NCBI GenBank assembly: GCA_004431415.1
Contig: QPMI01000038.1
Location: 310,001-374,000 of the forward strand
Source of the DNA: Cyanophora paradoxa CCMP329
Taxonomy: Eukaryota; Plantae; Glaucophyta
Length of the DNA stretch: 64,000 bases
Direction: 5' to 3'
Position 1 is the first letter of the stretch. The number at the start of each line of letters is the position of its first letter. Both the position numbers and the translations under genes were made by a program. The notes below the pieces were generated by a model. That model saw only the letters and a program-made list of their open reading frames with translations. It was not told the origin of the DNA and ran no database searches. This document shows positions 33,390 through 46,250 of this stretch, piece after piece.

Positions 33390-35468
33390 TATTATTGGTG
33401 TTGTTGGGCCCGCTCTGCTGTGCTGTGGCTGCCCAGCTGTGCTCCCAGCCCGTGCGCTACACGCGAGATTGCCCCGAGGGGTGGTGGGGCTGTATTGGGA
33501 GCCGTGGTGCGGTCCCGGAGGGTACAGCAAGACTACTGACTGGGGTACATGGTATGAGTGGCTCGACTCAGTGGAAACCAGGCTGGCAACATCTCCCTCA
33601 CTGGTACGACCACGTCCACGTGGTCCACATCGGAACGGCAACGACTACGCCCGCGTGGTCGGGGCCGGGACGGAAAACGCCTAGGCCTGGCAATGAACCA
33701 AGGGCCAGAAGGGGTACAACTCTCAAAGGCCGTCCGAAAGATCGAGGGGTACGCCGAGGGAACGAGGGGTACAGGGATCTCCCTCACTGGTAAGGCGAAA
33801 GCTACCGAGGGGGGATCTCCCTCACTGGTAAGGATGAAGCCACTACGGAACTGCACGAGAAAGGACAGGGATGAGAAAGAACCCGCTATCCAGGGCAGCA
33901 GCGAGGCGCGAGGTCTGAAGAGGCCAAGCCACTGATGGGACCCTGGGGGCCATACAGAGAGGCACCGGCACTTGCATCCCACAGCAAGAGACCAGGCAGA
34001 AAACCACCACCCAACGGGAAAGGAAATGGGAAGACTCAAAAGAGGAATGGAGAACGGCAAAGGATGCAAGGGGGCAGGGCCCGGGGACATCGACGTCGGG
34101 GTACAGCACGTCAGCGACGGGAGGGGCGGCTCGGGCAATCACGGCCATCGTAAAGACGGGTGTGACGCGCGGCACGCAAGGTAAGTCTGGTCATCTTGAA
34201 GCCTCGATTGCGAGTGACCGCATCTGAGCAAGACAGCAAGAGGGATCGGTCAGAGCCATCCTTCCGCAGGGCCATCACTCAGGCGGGAGGCTAGCAGCTC
34301 GGGACCGGCGAGGCAACTCTCTTCGGGGCTCCAACGGGCCATGGCAGGCTATGCGACTCATCGGATACATCATCCGGGATTGGAAGGGGCAACGCCGCAT
34401 CGGATACATCATCCGTGGGCCATCGGACAGCGATAAGGGTCACGACTGAACGGCGCGGGGGCCGGACTCCCAGTCGGTTGCGACAGACTCTCAGTCGGAA
34501 GCAAGATAGACTCTCAAAGCTCATAGACTCTCAAGGCGACTGGCATGGGTAGCCGAGTCGCGGGACACGCATAGATGGTTCCCTTCTAAGAGCGACTCTC
34601 GGGGGGCGAGCTGCTAATGCGACGGAAAGAATGAGAGAGAGCGTATCTTCAGCGTGAAGATGTAGCTTGGTCGCCGCCTCCAGTCCGTACGCGCAGGTCC
34701 GGGCGATCGCGGCCAAGCCTTTGAAGTGCGCGCCGGTCTGGTTGGGCGGACTCCCGGGACGCGCAGCACTCGCAGACAGCGCTCGCCTTTGGCGCCCTTG
34801 CTCACGCGCGCGGAGCGCGGCGTGTTGAGTCGCTGAGGTACGCAAGCCGAGGCTCATGCCGGAATCACCCGGCCTCCGATGCGCGATGGCGCTGATCGAC
34901 GTGGAAAGAACACCAGCTCTCGATCAGGCCGCACGGATTACGCTGGAATCACCCAGCTGCCAAGGCTGCTGCAGGCGGCACGGGAATCACCCGACGGTCC
35001 GACGCGGTCCAGCGCGCGAGCGAGGGCCGGTCGCGGGCATCACCCGGTGCTGCTGCTGACGAGCACATCGCTACGGTCGCGGTTGGGATCGCCGTCTTCT
35101 TCTCCTCCCTCCGCTTTTGAAGATTCGGCCTCCGTGCCGATCGTCCCTCCTTTTCGTAGTCCAGCGATCGCGCGCACTCTCCACCATGCAGAATCCACGG
35201 ACTCTCCACCGGCGCATCGACGTCCGCAGCGTCCGTCGACGGGGCCAGGGGCTGTCGCGGCGAGGGTATTATTGGTGTTGTTGGGCCCGCTCTGCTGTGC
35301 TGTGGCTGCCCAGCTGTGCTCCCAGCCCGTGCGCTACACGCGAGATTGCCCCGAGGGGTGGTGGGGCTGTATTGGGAGCCGTGGTGCGGTCCCGGAGGGT
35401 ACAGCAAGACTACTGACTGGGGTACATGGTATGAGTGGCTCGACTCAGTGGAAACCAGGCTGGCAACA
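33390..35468 (-). mobile_element. Non-autonomous LTR retroelement (2.08 kb, TRIM/LARD-like)
   Basis: 202-bp direct repeats at 33390-33591 and 35267-35468, identical by eye; 4-bp TSD CACA; on the minus strand the LTR starts TGTTG and is preceded by a purine tract AGTGAGGGAGA; no RT/IN ORF. Confidence 0.85.
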
Positions 35469-36262
35469 CACACTATAGCTAGCACTGTGACAGCCGCTCT
35501 GACCCGCTCACTGACTGCAGCACTGCTCGCTAGCGCTGCATATGCATTTTCTGAGGCGAAGCGCAAGATGAGCGGCCGCGGCGCGCCCAGAGCGGCGGGG
35601 GCCGCTCATGATATCGATCAAGGCGGGCACGGCGGCGAGGGCGGCGAGGTGTGCCGCCTCGCGGGCTCCTCCGTGAGGGACGCCGCGGGCCCGGGAACCG
35701 CGCCCCGGCCCCTCGAGCTCTAGATCTGCGCGCGGGGGCCGGCCCGGCGGGGTGGGCCAGAGGTCGATCCGGAGCTCGCCGAGTCGCCCGGCCGAGTCAA
35801 CGTCAAGCTCGAATTCAAAAAAATGATTCGAAGGCGCCGCGGCGCCGGCTCGGAGGAGCTCGAGCTCGGAGGCGAGGCAGAAGTTGCGATCGATGGCCCG
35901 GACCGGCGCGGAGCGGGAGAGCTCGAGCGGCCGACGGCCGTCCGCGGCGCGCTGCGAGTCCTCCGGCGCCGCGAGCTCGAGGAGTTCGCGATCGCGATCG
36001 ATATCGAGCTCCGGATCCGAGCTAGCGCTGGAGCTCGGGAGGGGGGGGAGGGGGGAGGGCGGGGGGGGTACTTCTAGTGCGGCGGCTTGAAGGCGGCGCG
36101 GGCGGCCTGCGGCCCTGCGCACGACAGTCCCGTGTGCGCGCGCTGTCTCCCACCCGCACCTTGATGCGCTTGTCATCCACTTTTTCAATCTGTCGCCTGC
36201 GAGCTGACATCCTTGCAGGGCGCTGCTGCGACGCGCTCCAATTCGGTTGGCATCTCCAGGGG

Positions 36263-38260
36263 ATGCGGCCGCCGCCGCCCGATGAGGCCGCGCGGCCGGA
36301 GGGCGCCGGCAGCGGCAAGCGGGAGCTGCGGAAGTCCACGGAGCTGCAAACCCGCGCCAGTACCAGCCTCGCATCGCGATCCACGCCGAGGCCTGCGCAC
36401 AATCACAAACGAACGCGCTTCAACCCGCCCGCCGTGGAACACGAGAACGATGGCGCGTTCGCCCGGAGTCGCGCCGCTGCCGGGCCGTGCGGGGGCTTGC
36501 TGAACGCGCCCGTTCGTTTAGATGCATGCGGGGAGTGCGGCGAGGGCGGGACCCTGCTCTGCTGCGACGGCTGCTACGCCAGCGTGCAGTGCGCTCGCCG
36601 CCCCGCTCTCCCCTCGCCCGCCCCGACGCCGCCGGCAGCGCCGAGTGCGCGGCGGAGTCGGAGAGGCAGTCTGCGGCGGCCGGGGAGGCGTCGAACGAGT
36701 GGTTCTGCGCGTGGTGCGTCCTGAGGCGCTCGAAGGGCTTCCGGGAGCGCGTGCGGAAGGAGGACCCGTGCCCGCTCTGCGGGGGCGGCGGCCGCGAGGA
36801 GGCGGGGCGGGCGTGGAAGCCCTGCCGCTGCGCGGGGCGCTACGCGGCGAACGCGGGGCGCGGCGCGGCGAGCGCGGCGGAGGTGACGGCGGAGGGCACG
36901 TCGCAGCGCGGCATCCTCGTCGGGCCCAAGGTCCGCCGGCTCGAATCCGAGCGGGCTCGTTTCCGCGCCCGTCTCGGGGCGCCCGACTCCTTCCGCGCAG
37001 TACCAGGCCGTGGTCCCCGATTACGAGCCCTCCGCCCCCCGCCCCGTGCGCCCCGCCCCTCCCGCCGCCCCGCTACCCCGCCCCCCCCCCCCCGCCCCCC
37101 GCCCCGTCCCCCCCCCCCCCTCGCGCCCCCGCCGCGCTTGGGCATTCATGTCCCCCCGCAGCCGACCGCGGCGCCGAGCTCCTCTGGGACCCACACAGGC
37201 TACCCCCCGAAGAGAGTACGTACCCCTGTACCCCATACCCCCTCCATGCCCCTCCCCCGTCCTCTATGGGGGTACACCTGATCCGGTAAGAACAGTCGAT
37301 CGGTTCCTGTGCGCGGCGCGGACGGTGGGGCGGGAGGCGCACTACGACTTCCTGGACGGTACCCCCGCCGACGACGTGGCGTCACGGCTGGGGGCGATCC
37401 TGCGCGGGGGGGTACGCCCGCGGCGGCCGCCGGTGGCGGAGGACGCGGCGCTGTCGGCGCTGCACGGGGCGGGGTACGAGGCGGACGCGGCGGTGGGGCG
37501 GCTGCGGGAGCAGGCGGCGACGGCGCCGCGGTACACCCCGGGGCGCGACCTGAGCCGGGCCACCGGTGAGCGGGGCTCGCCCCCTCGAAGAAGTGGGGCA
37601 AGACGGGGCTGGCTTGCAGAGGCGTGGAGCGTGGCGGAGGTGGCGCGCTTCGAGGAGGCGCTGGCCCGCGTCGGCCGCAACTTCCCCGCCGTCGCCCGCC
37701 GCGTGCGCCCCCGCCCCCAGAGCAGGCCGGCGCCGTCCCTCCGCCCGCCCGGACCCGCTGAGGGCGCCCCGCAGGTCGGCACGAAGGGCGTGCCCAGCGT
37801 CGTCTCCTTCTACTACTGCGTCTGGCGGAGGTGCGAACGAAGGCTCGGGGGGGAGGGGGGGGGGGGGGGTTAATCTGAGCGGCCCGGGCCGTCCTCGCAG
37901 GGTACTGAGGACGACGAAGAAGGCGGTGGGGCGGGCGGGGCCCCGCAGCGGCCGGCCGCCGCCGCCGCCCCGCCCCGGCGCCCCGGCCGCCCCGCCGCCG
38001 CGCTCGGAGGCGGGCCGGCGCGGCGGGCGGGCAGGGCGCCGGGGGGCCCCCGGGCCGTCCGCTTCGGAGGGGGCGGGGGAGAGCGATTCGGGGACGGAGG
38101 GGGCGAGGAGGAGGGCGGGTCGTCGTCGGGCGGGGAGGGGCAGGGGCACCCGGGGGCGCGGGGGCCCCCCTGGGGGGCCGGCCGCCTCCGCCGCCGCCCC
38201 TCCACGTCGCCGGTCGGCTCGTGAGGCCCGCCCGCCCGCCCGCCTGCCGGGCCCTAAGCG
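36263..38260 (+). CDS. PHD finger + ELM2 + SANT chromatin protein (ends approximate)
   Basis: PHD: CGECGEGGTLLCCDGCYASVH..C...WFCAWC. ELM2: ILVGPKYQAVVP...LLWDP...EDAALSALHGAGY. SANT: WSVAEVARFEEALARVGRNFPAVARRVGTKGVPSVVSFYY. Confidence 0.85.
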
Positions 38261-38722
38261 CGTCCCTCACTCTCTCTTCCGCTCTCTTTCTCCTGTGCAC
38301 CCCTAGCTACCGTAGTACGCACACAGCCCCCTCACCCGCGGCCACCGGGGCCGCGACGTATGCATACATGCATCTCTCCCTAGGCTTGAATTTTCCTTTG
38401 TCTAGATCGTCGAATTCTTCGCATCAACCATTGAACTCCAGATTCGAAATGAAACCTCACTCGCTCTTGAAACCCGCGCGCGAGAAATTGGCCGAGGCAA
38501 CTTAGATGAAGTTACATCGATATAAGTAGTGTACGATGTGCGCATACACCGGAGATCGGTGCGCGTATCTACGAGGTTAACGAGCTCGCGGCTGAGTCGA
38601 CGAGGCTATAGCTGCTGGTCATCGGTTCCTACGTTCAATTTCTTCAATTTCATAGTCGTATGGGCGGCGGGCGCCGGGAAGAAGGCGTTCCGCACGGCCG
38701 AGCCGAGGATGTCACCTCATGA

Positions 38723-40628
38723 TCAGATGTCAGCGCCGATGTCAACGATGCCGGCGCTGGGGAGGGCCCGCGCGACGGCCGCCCTCGCAGCGTCCCGCGC
38801 CTGAGCCCTCTCCGCGCTCGTCTTGAGCGTCTTCGTGCGCAGGCGGACCTGCGGCCACGGGCGCTCCGAGGCCTCGGGCCGCGCCGGGCGCAGGGCGCAG
38901 GGCATGGGGCGCGGGGCGGACCTCGGTGTCGCCGGCGGAGCAGGCAGCGAAGGCGGCGAGGCCGTCGAGCCAGCCGCCGCGCAGCGCCTCCGCACCGACG
39001 GCGACCGCGAGGGCGAGGCGGCGCGGCGGCGCGGCCGCCAGCGCCGCGGCGGCCTCCGCGGGGCGGCCCGGCGCGAGGTCGACCTCCATCTCGAGCGAGA
39101 GGCGCCCGCGGGCTGCGTCGGCCAGCGCCGCGAGCGCCTCGAGCGCCGGCGGCGGCAGCGGCGAGCCTGCCGCGGGCTGAGAGGAGCGGGCGGGGCGGGC
39201 CGGGGCGGGCCGGGGGCGCGGACCGATCCGCAGGTCGAGGTCGGTCAGTGTTGGGGAACGCGCAAAGGCGGCCGTGAGGCCGCTCAAGCAGCCGATTATC
39301 GCCTCTTCCCCGTCCTCGTCGTTGTCGAAATCGGGCAGGCACAGGGGCCCCAGGCTGCGGAGGGCGGGGCAGGAGCCGAGCGCCTCCAGATCCCCTTTCT
39401 CGACATCCCCTTTCTTTAGCTGCGAGGCGAGAGTGAATGATGGGGCGCAGCAGGAGTAGCAGGGGCGAGGAAGAGAGAGCCCAACCCCGAGCTGGACGTT
39501 GTCGCTCCGGAGGCGCTGGAGGGCGTCCAGGCGCGGGAGAGTGCGCAGGGCGGCGCCGGAGAGCGTCGGACTGCAAAGGAGCCTGCGCGGGGCGCGGCGC
39601 CGGCTCAGCGAGGCGCCGCGCGGCGAGGGGGAGGGGCAGCTCGTGCGCACTCTTTGAGGGAGCGAGCGGCCGGGCCGGAGGCGAGGGCATCCAGCAGGAG
39701 GCCGAAGCTATCGACGTTTCCCTCGAAGCAAGCGTAGTCGGTGATGTCCAGGAGCTCCAGGGCGGGGAGGACGGCCAGGCCAGCCGCGTCCCCGAAGCTC
39801 TCCAAACATGTCGTGACCTGCCGCCGCGTCAACGTAGCGCAGGCTGACGAGAAGGGGACGCGCACCCGCTTGAGACGCGGGAGGCATCGGCCGAGGGCGT
39901 CGGCGTCGGGCAGGCAGGTTTCGCCGAGAGAGAAGTTCTCCAAGTTCGGGTAGGGGCGAAGGAGGGCGTCAAGCCCGCCGGGGCTGCCCTCGAAGTCGAG
40001 ATCGCAGGAATGATGCCCGCTGCTGCTAAGATGGATGCTCCGGAGCGAGGGGCAAGCGACGCCGCCCGGCGGCACGAGGGCGCCGAGCAGTTCGTAGAGG
40101 CAGGCGTGCGCGGAGGGGTCACAGTGCAGATGGACTTCGCCGAGGCCGCCGCACGACGCCACGCACGCCCCGACGAACGAGACGGCGACCGAGCACGGGA
40201 AATCCTGCTTCTCGTCAACGGCGGGGCGTGCGCAAAGCCGGCGTCGGCCTCGCACCAGCAGACGGAGCGATGCGCCGCGGGCGACGCGAATCCATCCCTT
40301 GCTTTGAGCATCTTGAGCATCGAACAGCTGCAGGCCTGGAAGTAAGTCGCGCCCGGACCGCGCGGTGACCTCCAGGCGGGCCCAGGAAACCGCATCGGCC
40401 GCGCCGCGCGCGCCAGCGGCGGCAGACGGCGCGCGCGAGGGCCGCGCCCCGCAGGCCCACGCGCTCGAGGACCTGCGAAAGAACCGCGTCTGGCAAATGC
40501 TCGATCGTCGCCGCTCTTGCATTCTCCGCTAGCGCTGGCTCCACGTCTTCTGAAACCGAGTCGAATTCGAATTCGGTTGCGTCGGGGGGCGGGCCCTTTC
40601 TCTTGCGGGTGCTTAGCGCTTCGTTCAT
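38723..40628 (-). CDS. F-box/LRR-like protein; close paralogue of 55332-57333
   Basis: IEHLPDAVLSQVLERVGLRGAALARAVCRRW; LRR-like exons; C-terminal GRLSLEMEVDLAPGRPAEAAAAL...LRGGWLDGLAAF shared with the 55-57 kb copy; an apparent frameshift after the F-box may be decay or a sequencing error. Confidence 0.7.
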
Positions 40629-40828
40629 CGTGCTGCAGGGCTAGCTGGGCGCTTGACACAATACCAGCACGCCGGCGGCCTCGAGCTGACTGGGTCGGTT
40701 GCAAATTGACCACACTTTGTACCCCCTCTGGCCGAGCCGTCGGAGCCAACGGAGCCGTCAGAGCCGTCGACGTCGGAGCTGCATGCGTGCAGCGCTGTCA
40801 GTCAGTGAGCTGTGAGTCATTCGTCCGT

Positions 40829-42806
40829 GATGGACGAGGCGGGCTCCGATGCGGCAGCGCTGGCCGCGCATCGACAACAGCCGCCTGCGCCGGGCCTCCT
40901 GGACCTGCCGGACGCGCTGCTGCAGCGCGCCATCGAGCTCGCGTGCACGAGCGAGGAGGAGGGCAGGTACCAGGCCATCCTGAGCGACTTGACCGACGCG
41001 AAGCTGCGCGCCGTCGCTGCGGGCGAGGAGCTCGCGACGGCCGGCCGCGAGCTGCGCGTCGACCTGCGGCCGCTGTCCCGCCTGCGGCGCGTGTGCAAGC
41101 GGTTCGCGGAGCTCGTGGAAGCGCGCGGCGCGGCGCCGCCGGCGCGGCTGGAGGTGCGGCTCTCTCCCGAATCCAGCGCACGTGAGGAGCTGGATCGGGG
41201 GTGCGAGGGCGCGGCCCGCGTGTACGGGGGCGAGATCGCAGATCTGGAAGTGAAGATCGTTGCGAATGAGGTCCGCGCGGAGCGCAAGCTACGCTGAGAT
41301 CGCGACCCGTGGCACCGCCGATCCCGATCATGACGTGCGCCCCGGCCCGCAGGGGAAGCCGGATGCCACCTTCTCCCTGGCGCCGCTCGCCCGCCTCCGC
41401 TCCCTCCGCGCCCTCCGGATGAGCCCCAACGCGGGTGCCGCCCTAAAGGCGCCCGACCTCACGCCCGCGCACGTCGCGCCCCTCGCCTCCCTCGCCGGCC
41501 TCTCCCGCCTCGACCTGAGCGGCGGCGCCGCCGGCCTCCGCACCACCCCGCCCGCCCTCGCCGCCCTCTCGCCGCTACCCCTCGCGACGCTCCGGGCCCC
41601 TGTCGTCGTCGGCCCGGCCTGTACCCCCGTGAAAGTCCTGGCCGACGTCGCCGCGGCCTTCCCGGGGCTCCGGGACCTGCTTCTCGCGTTCCTGCTGGAA
41701 CACAGGCCCCAGTACCAGATCATCCTCGCCCCGGACACGCTCGCCCCGCTCGCCCCCCTCACCTCCCTCCGAGGTCGGTCCCCCCCCCCCCCCCCCCCCC
41801 CTCCTCTCCTCCCCTCACGTTCGCTCGGATTCCTCGCAGCGCTGGTGCTCAAGCTCTCGCAGAACGTCGTCTTCTCGTCCCTCCGGCCGCTGGCCGCCCT
41901 CCCCCAGCTGGAGTACCTCTCCATCGACTACCACGGCTCCGAGCTCCGCCCCATCTCCTCCCTCACATCCCTCCGCGGTCCGCCCCCCCGCCCGCCCTCT
42001 TTATTTATGTACCTAATCTTCCCGTCCGCCCGCCCGAGCGCAGCGCTGAGCCTGCACGCCGGGCTCTGCGACGACCTCTCGTTCCTGCGGCCGCTGACGC
42101 GGCTCGAGGCGCTCAACGCGTGCACCGACGGGGACCCGGCGCGGCTGCTGCCGCTCGCCCCGCGCCTCCGCTGCCTCGTCCTCGAGCACGAGGGCCGCGC
42201 CTCCGCCGCCCTCGCCGACGCCCTCCTCCGCTGCACCGCCCTCGAGGCGAGCTCGAGCCTGTCTGTCGCTCGCCTCTGCTGACCCTTGTATGTACAGGAC
42301 CTGAGCATCCTGGCGGGCTGGGGCCTCTACGACGCCCTCTCGCGGCGCTCGCTGGCGCCCTGGGGCCGCCTCCGCTCGCTGGACGCCGCTGTGGACACCG
42401 AGATGGACAGCGACCCCATACCCCCCGCCTTCTTCTCGGTGCCCGGGTTCTCTCTGCGCCGCCCGCGCACGCGCTCCTCACGCGGGCGCGCGGGCGCCGG
42501 GGGGCAGCGGGTGTCGTCGGACCTGCGGGGCCTGCGGGAGCTCGAGGTGGGCCCGACGCTGCCCCTCCCCCTGCCCCCCGACGTCGTCGCCGCCTTCCGC
42601 GGGCGCCTCCGCCGCCTGCGGGCGCACGTGGTGGACAGGGGCCGCCCCCACGCCGAGCAGGCCGAGCAGCGCGCCCGCCAGGCCGTGCGCATGCGCCGCC
42701 CCGCGCCCCGCGCCCCGTGCTCGCACGCGGCGTCTGAGGCCGGCCGCTGGCGCAGGAGCTGGAGGGCGCCCTCGGCTTCAAGATCGAGCCGGCGTTCACG
42801 TTCTAG
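40829..42806 (+). CDS. F-box-like/LRR protein
   Basis: GLLDLPDALLQRAIEL...LRRVCKRF; LRRs LARLRSLRAL, LAGLSRLDLS, LAPLTSL, LAALPQLEYLSI and LRPLTRLEAL. Confidence 0.7.
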
Positions 42807-42881
42807 CGACCGTGGGCTCACGAGCTTGATTAGGCCTTCATGAGGTCGTATTCACATCAGTTCGGGCCGTCGCACCCCGTT

Positions 42882-45651
42882 CTAATTCACTGGTGCCCGC
42901 GCCGGATCATCATCCGGGATCATCCGGGAGGGAGGGGGCCGGGGCGGACAACTGCGCATGCATGCGCCGCTACGCAGGGGGGGGGGGGGGGGGGGGGATC
43001 GGCCGCGCCAGCTGCAGCACTTGGGGGGGGGGGGGGGGGGGGGGGGGGGGACAACTGCATGCACCGCTACGCAGCAGCATGCGCGGCCGTGCCAGCACTG
43101 GCAGCCGGGGCGGGGCCGGGGCGGGGCCGGGGCGGGGCGGGGCGCGTCGCGGAAGAAGAGGCGCCGCTCGCGCTCCGCGTCCCGCGCTGCGGCCGCGGGG
43201 CTCGCAGATTGGGGAGGGCCGGGCGGGGCGGGGCGGGGCGGGGCCGGGGGCGGACCGGCGATGAGGGCTAGGGCCCAGAAGGGGAGGAAGAAGCCGGCGA
43301 CGATGCGGGGGAGGCCGGCGGGGGGCCCGAGGGCCCCGCAGAGGGCCCCGAAGAGGGCGAGCTTGGCGGCGCAGAGGGCCGCCGTCGCCACGAAGCGCGC
43401 CCGCAGGGCTACCATCACCAGCGCCCCGTTACAGCTGATCCTGCCCCGCGCCTCGGAGGGCGGCCAAGGCGGGGCGGGCGGGCGGGGCGGACGTGAGGGC
43501 GGCGGCGAAGGCGGACCAGACGGCCGGCCGCTCCACGGCGCCACGGGCGTAGAGCGTCTGCATGAACTCGGGGCCCCCCGGCAGCGTCACCTGCGCGTAC
43601 CCCCCTTCCTGAGCGGGGCGACGGGGCGGGGGAGGGGGGGGGAGGGGGGGAGGGGAGGGGGGGGGAGGGGCGGGGGAGGGGGGGGAGGGGGGGAGGGGGG
43701 GGGAACGGGGGGGGGGGGGGGGGGCGGACGAGGCCGGCCAGGCAGGCGGCGTGGACCCACAGCAGCGCCAGCGCGACGAGCAGCTGCCGGCCGCTCAGAT
43801 CAGATCGGATCGGATCGGGTCGGATCAGAGCCGATCAGATCTGATCTGACCTGGAGGCGGGCGTGGGTGGCGAGGCGGCGCCAGAGGGGCGGGGCCCACG
43901 CGAGGCCCAGCAGCAGGGCGGGCGCCGGCGCCCCGACCCCCAGCAGCGTCCCCAGGAACCGCCCCTGCCGGCCGCGATCGGTGCAGGGAGGCGGGGGTAG
44001 AGGAGGGCGCACGGCGTGGCCGGGCGGGGGCGACTCGGCGCGCATGAGGGCCCACGTGCTCACCACGCCCTGCGGGCCGCCTCGGAGGGCCTTCGAGGCG
44101 GGGGCGGGGCGGGGCGGGCGGGGGCGGGCGCGCGCCGCGACGAAGGCGGCGAGGAGGGCGGAGGCGACGGGGAGGGTGCGGGTGCGCGCCGTGGCGAGGG
44201 CCCACTCGCCGAACGCCGCCTCCGCCGCCGGCGAGGCGAAGGCCAGCGTCAGCGCCCGCATCGCGAAGGGCTCTCCGCCCTGGCCATGGCCCCCTCGCGC
44301 CCCTCCAGCGCCACCACCACGGGACCCGGCCCCGGCCCCGGTCCCCGCGGCGCCGGGGCCCCGTCGTCGCCCTCGGCGCCCTGGGCGGAGGAGACGGCGG
44401 CGGCGGTGGCGGCGGTCGGGGAAGCCGGGGAGGCGGCGAGCTCGAGGGCGGCGTCGGCGGCGAGGCGCTCGCGCGTCTCCGCCGCCGACGCACGCGCGAA
44501 GGTCCGGCTCCGCGGCACCTTCGGCCCCTCCTCGAGCTCGGGGTGGACCCGGGCGGGGCGGCGAGGAAGACCAGCCGCTGGGCCGGGGGCGGCGGCGTCG
44601 GGGCGCGGCGGGGCGGCGGGGCGGCGGGCGAGGAGGGCGCCGTAGTAGAGGAGGGCCTCCCGGCGGCGCAGGTACCCCGTCAGCGCCGACATCGCGCCCG
44701 ACGTCGCCAGGATCGCCGCGGACTGGGCGCCCGGTCACGAAGGGAAGGGGGCACAGGACGGGGGCGGGGGGCGGGTACGCGCGCCTGGAGGAGGAGCTCG
44801 GTGCGGAAGGACGTGTGGGCCCACTTGAGGGCGATGTACCCGCCCGCCATGGCGGCGAGGGCGGCGGACTGGAGGGGCCAGGGGCTGGAGGGGGCGACGC
44901 CGAGGACCCAGAAGCACAGAGTGCCGGCGTAGGGCGGGCCGCTGAGCCCGAGGTTCTTCGCCTCCTCGAGGCGTGCCCCGGGGAGGTAGTAGGCGCAGAA
45001 AAAGGCGCAGACGGCGGCGAGGAACCAGTGGCGGGGCGGCGGGCGGCCCGGGCCCCGGACCCGGGGCAGGAAGGAGAGGGCGAGGAAGGCGAGCTGGGAG
45101 GCGCAGCAGAGGGCGCCCCGCACGAGGTTGTAGGAGGAGGCCCCGTCCAGGTACTCCGTCACCGCCATCAGCACGGGCACTAGCGCCGCTACCGCGCGCA
45201 TCGCGAAGCGATCGGGGCGTGAGCGGGCTGGCGCTCTGATTTGAATTCGAGTTTGAAATTGAGTGTGGGCGGGCACCGACGGCGATGATGCGGCGCTGGA
45301 GGGAGAGGCGCCGGCGCGCGACGAACTCCTCCGGGTCATCCGGCAGCGCCTCCGCTTCGGATTCGCTCGGGGCGCCCTGACCGCCGCCCGCCGCTTCCGC
45401 GGGGGCCGCCCGCGGCGCGAGGCGCTCGCAATGGTCCCCGTCCGACCGCGGCTGCGGATGCAGCTCGGCTGCCCGCAGCGGCGGCGTCGGCGGCAGCGCG
45501 AGGCCTAGGCTCTCAGCTGCAGCTGCAGGAACAGCCTCCGCATGCGCCGCGCTCTGAGCCTGCTGCTGCTTTGACGCTGCCGTAGTCGCTGGCTCACTCG
45601 CGCTGTGGATTGGAGTATCGACCGACTGAACGGCATGTTTTGAATCTTCAT
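42882..45651 (-). CDS. Multipass membrane protein with two hydrophobic clusters (ends approximate)
   Basis: Hydrophobic exons AVAALVPVLMAV, WFLAAVCAFFCAYYL, GTLCFWVLGV, ALLAAFVAA, LLGLAWAPPLW, ALCAAKLALFGAL and IVAGFFLPFWALALIA; no catalytic domain recognised. Confidence 0.5.
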
Positions 45652-45899
45652 GGCTTGCAGCGGCGCATGCGGGTTCAACGCGACCTGCCTCTAGATCTGT
45701 GCACGTGTACATGTCTCTCGTTTGCATATATATGCATCTAGCCATACGAGACGGCACCCCGGCTGTCGCTCAGCGGATAACGTCCGCGGCTGCCCACAAC
45801 GCGCGCCAGGTTTGCTGATCCTGAAGCTCGAAGGTCTAGGCCGGGAGCCTGGCCATGGGCCGGCCCGGCCGGGCCGGACACGGAGGTTTCTACGGATGA

Positions 45900-46228
45900 C
45901 GTCGTATGCGCGCAAGGCGTAGACGAAGATTTGTGCGAGCCAGAAGTGCCAAAATTAGCCGAGTCGCCAGTTTCGCGGCCAAGCGGGATCGAACCCGCGG
46001 CCCCGGGGGCCCTCACGTTAATTGCGTAAATTGCGCAATCTCACGACAACAATCGTCATGGGGCGCGTGCCGAATTATCCCCCGGCGGCCGGACAGGGTA
46101 GCCCCCCGGCTTCGCCGGGAATATTAGGCCGGCCCCCGCCAGTTAGAGCCAGTTGCTTGCGCGACCGCACGGACGCGACCGCGCCCGTGCGGCCGCACCT
46201 CTAAATAAATCGCGAGAATAGCCTCGCG
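45900..46228 (+). repeat. Split direct repeat A1 (329 bp); matches A2 at 54031-54359
   Basis: CGTCGTATGCGCGCAAGG...TAAATAAATCGCGAGAATAGCCTCGCG at both sites; TATA-like TAAATAAA ~25 nt before the end of A. Confidence 0.95.
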
Positions 46229-46250
46229 CAGCAGCAGTAAGTAGCGTTGT

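Noticed and set aside
35508-36374. 288-aa minus-strand ORF with ELEL/IDRDR runs
   Set aside because: The peptide pattern arises from GAGCTC/GATC palindrome-rich DNA; no domain or splice support
42976-43725. Long poly-G tracts (also poly-C at ~22070, ~37080, ~41780) as functional G-quadruplex elements
   Set aside because: Homopolymer runs mostly in introns or UTRs; lengths are unreliable and there is no evidence of function
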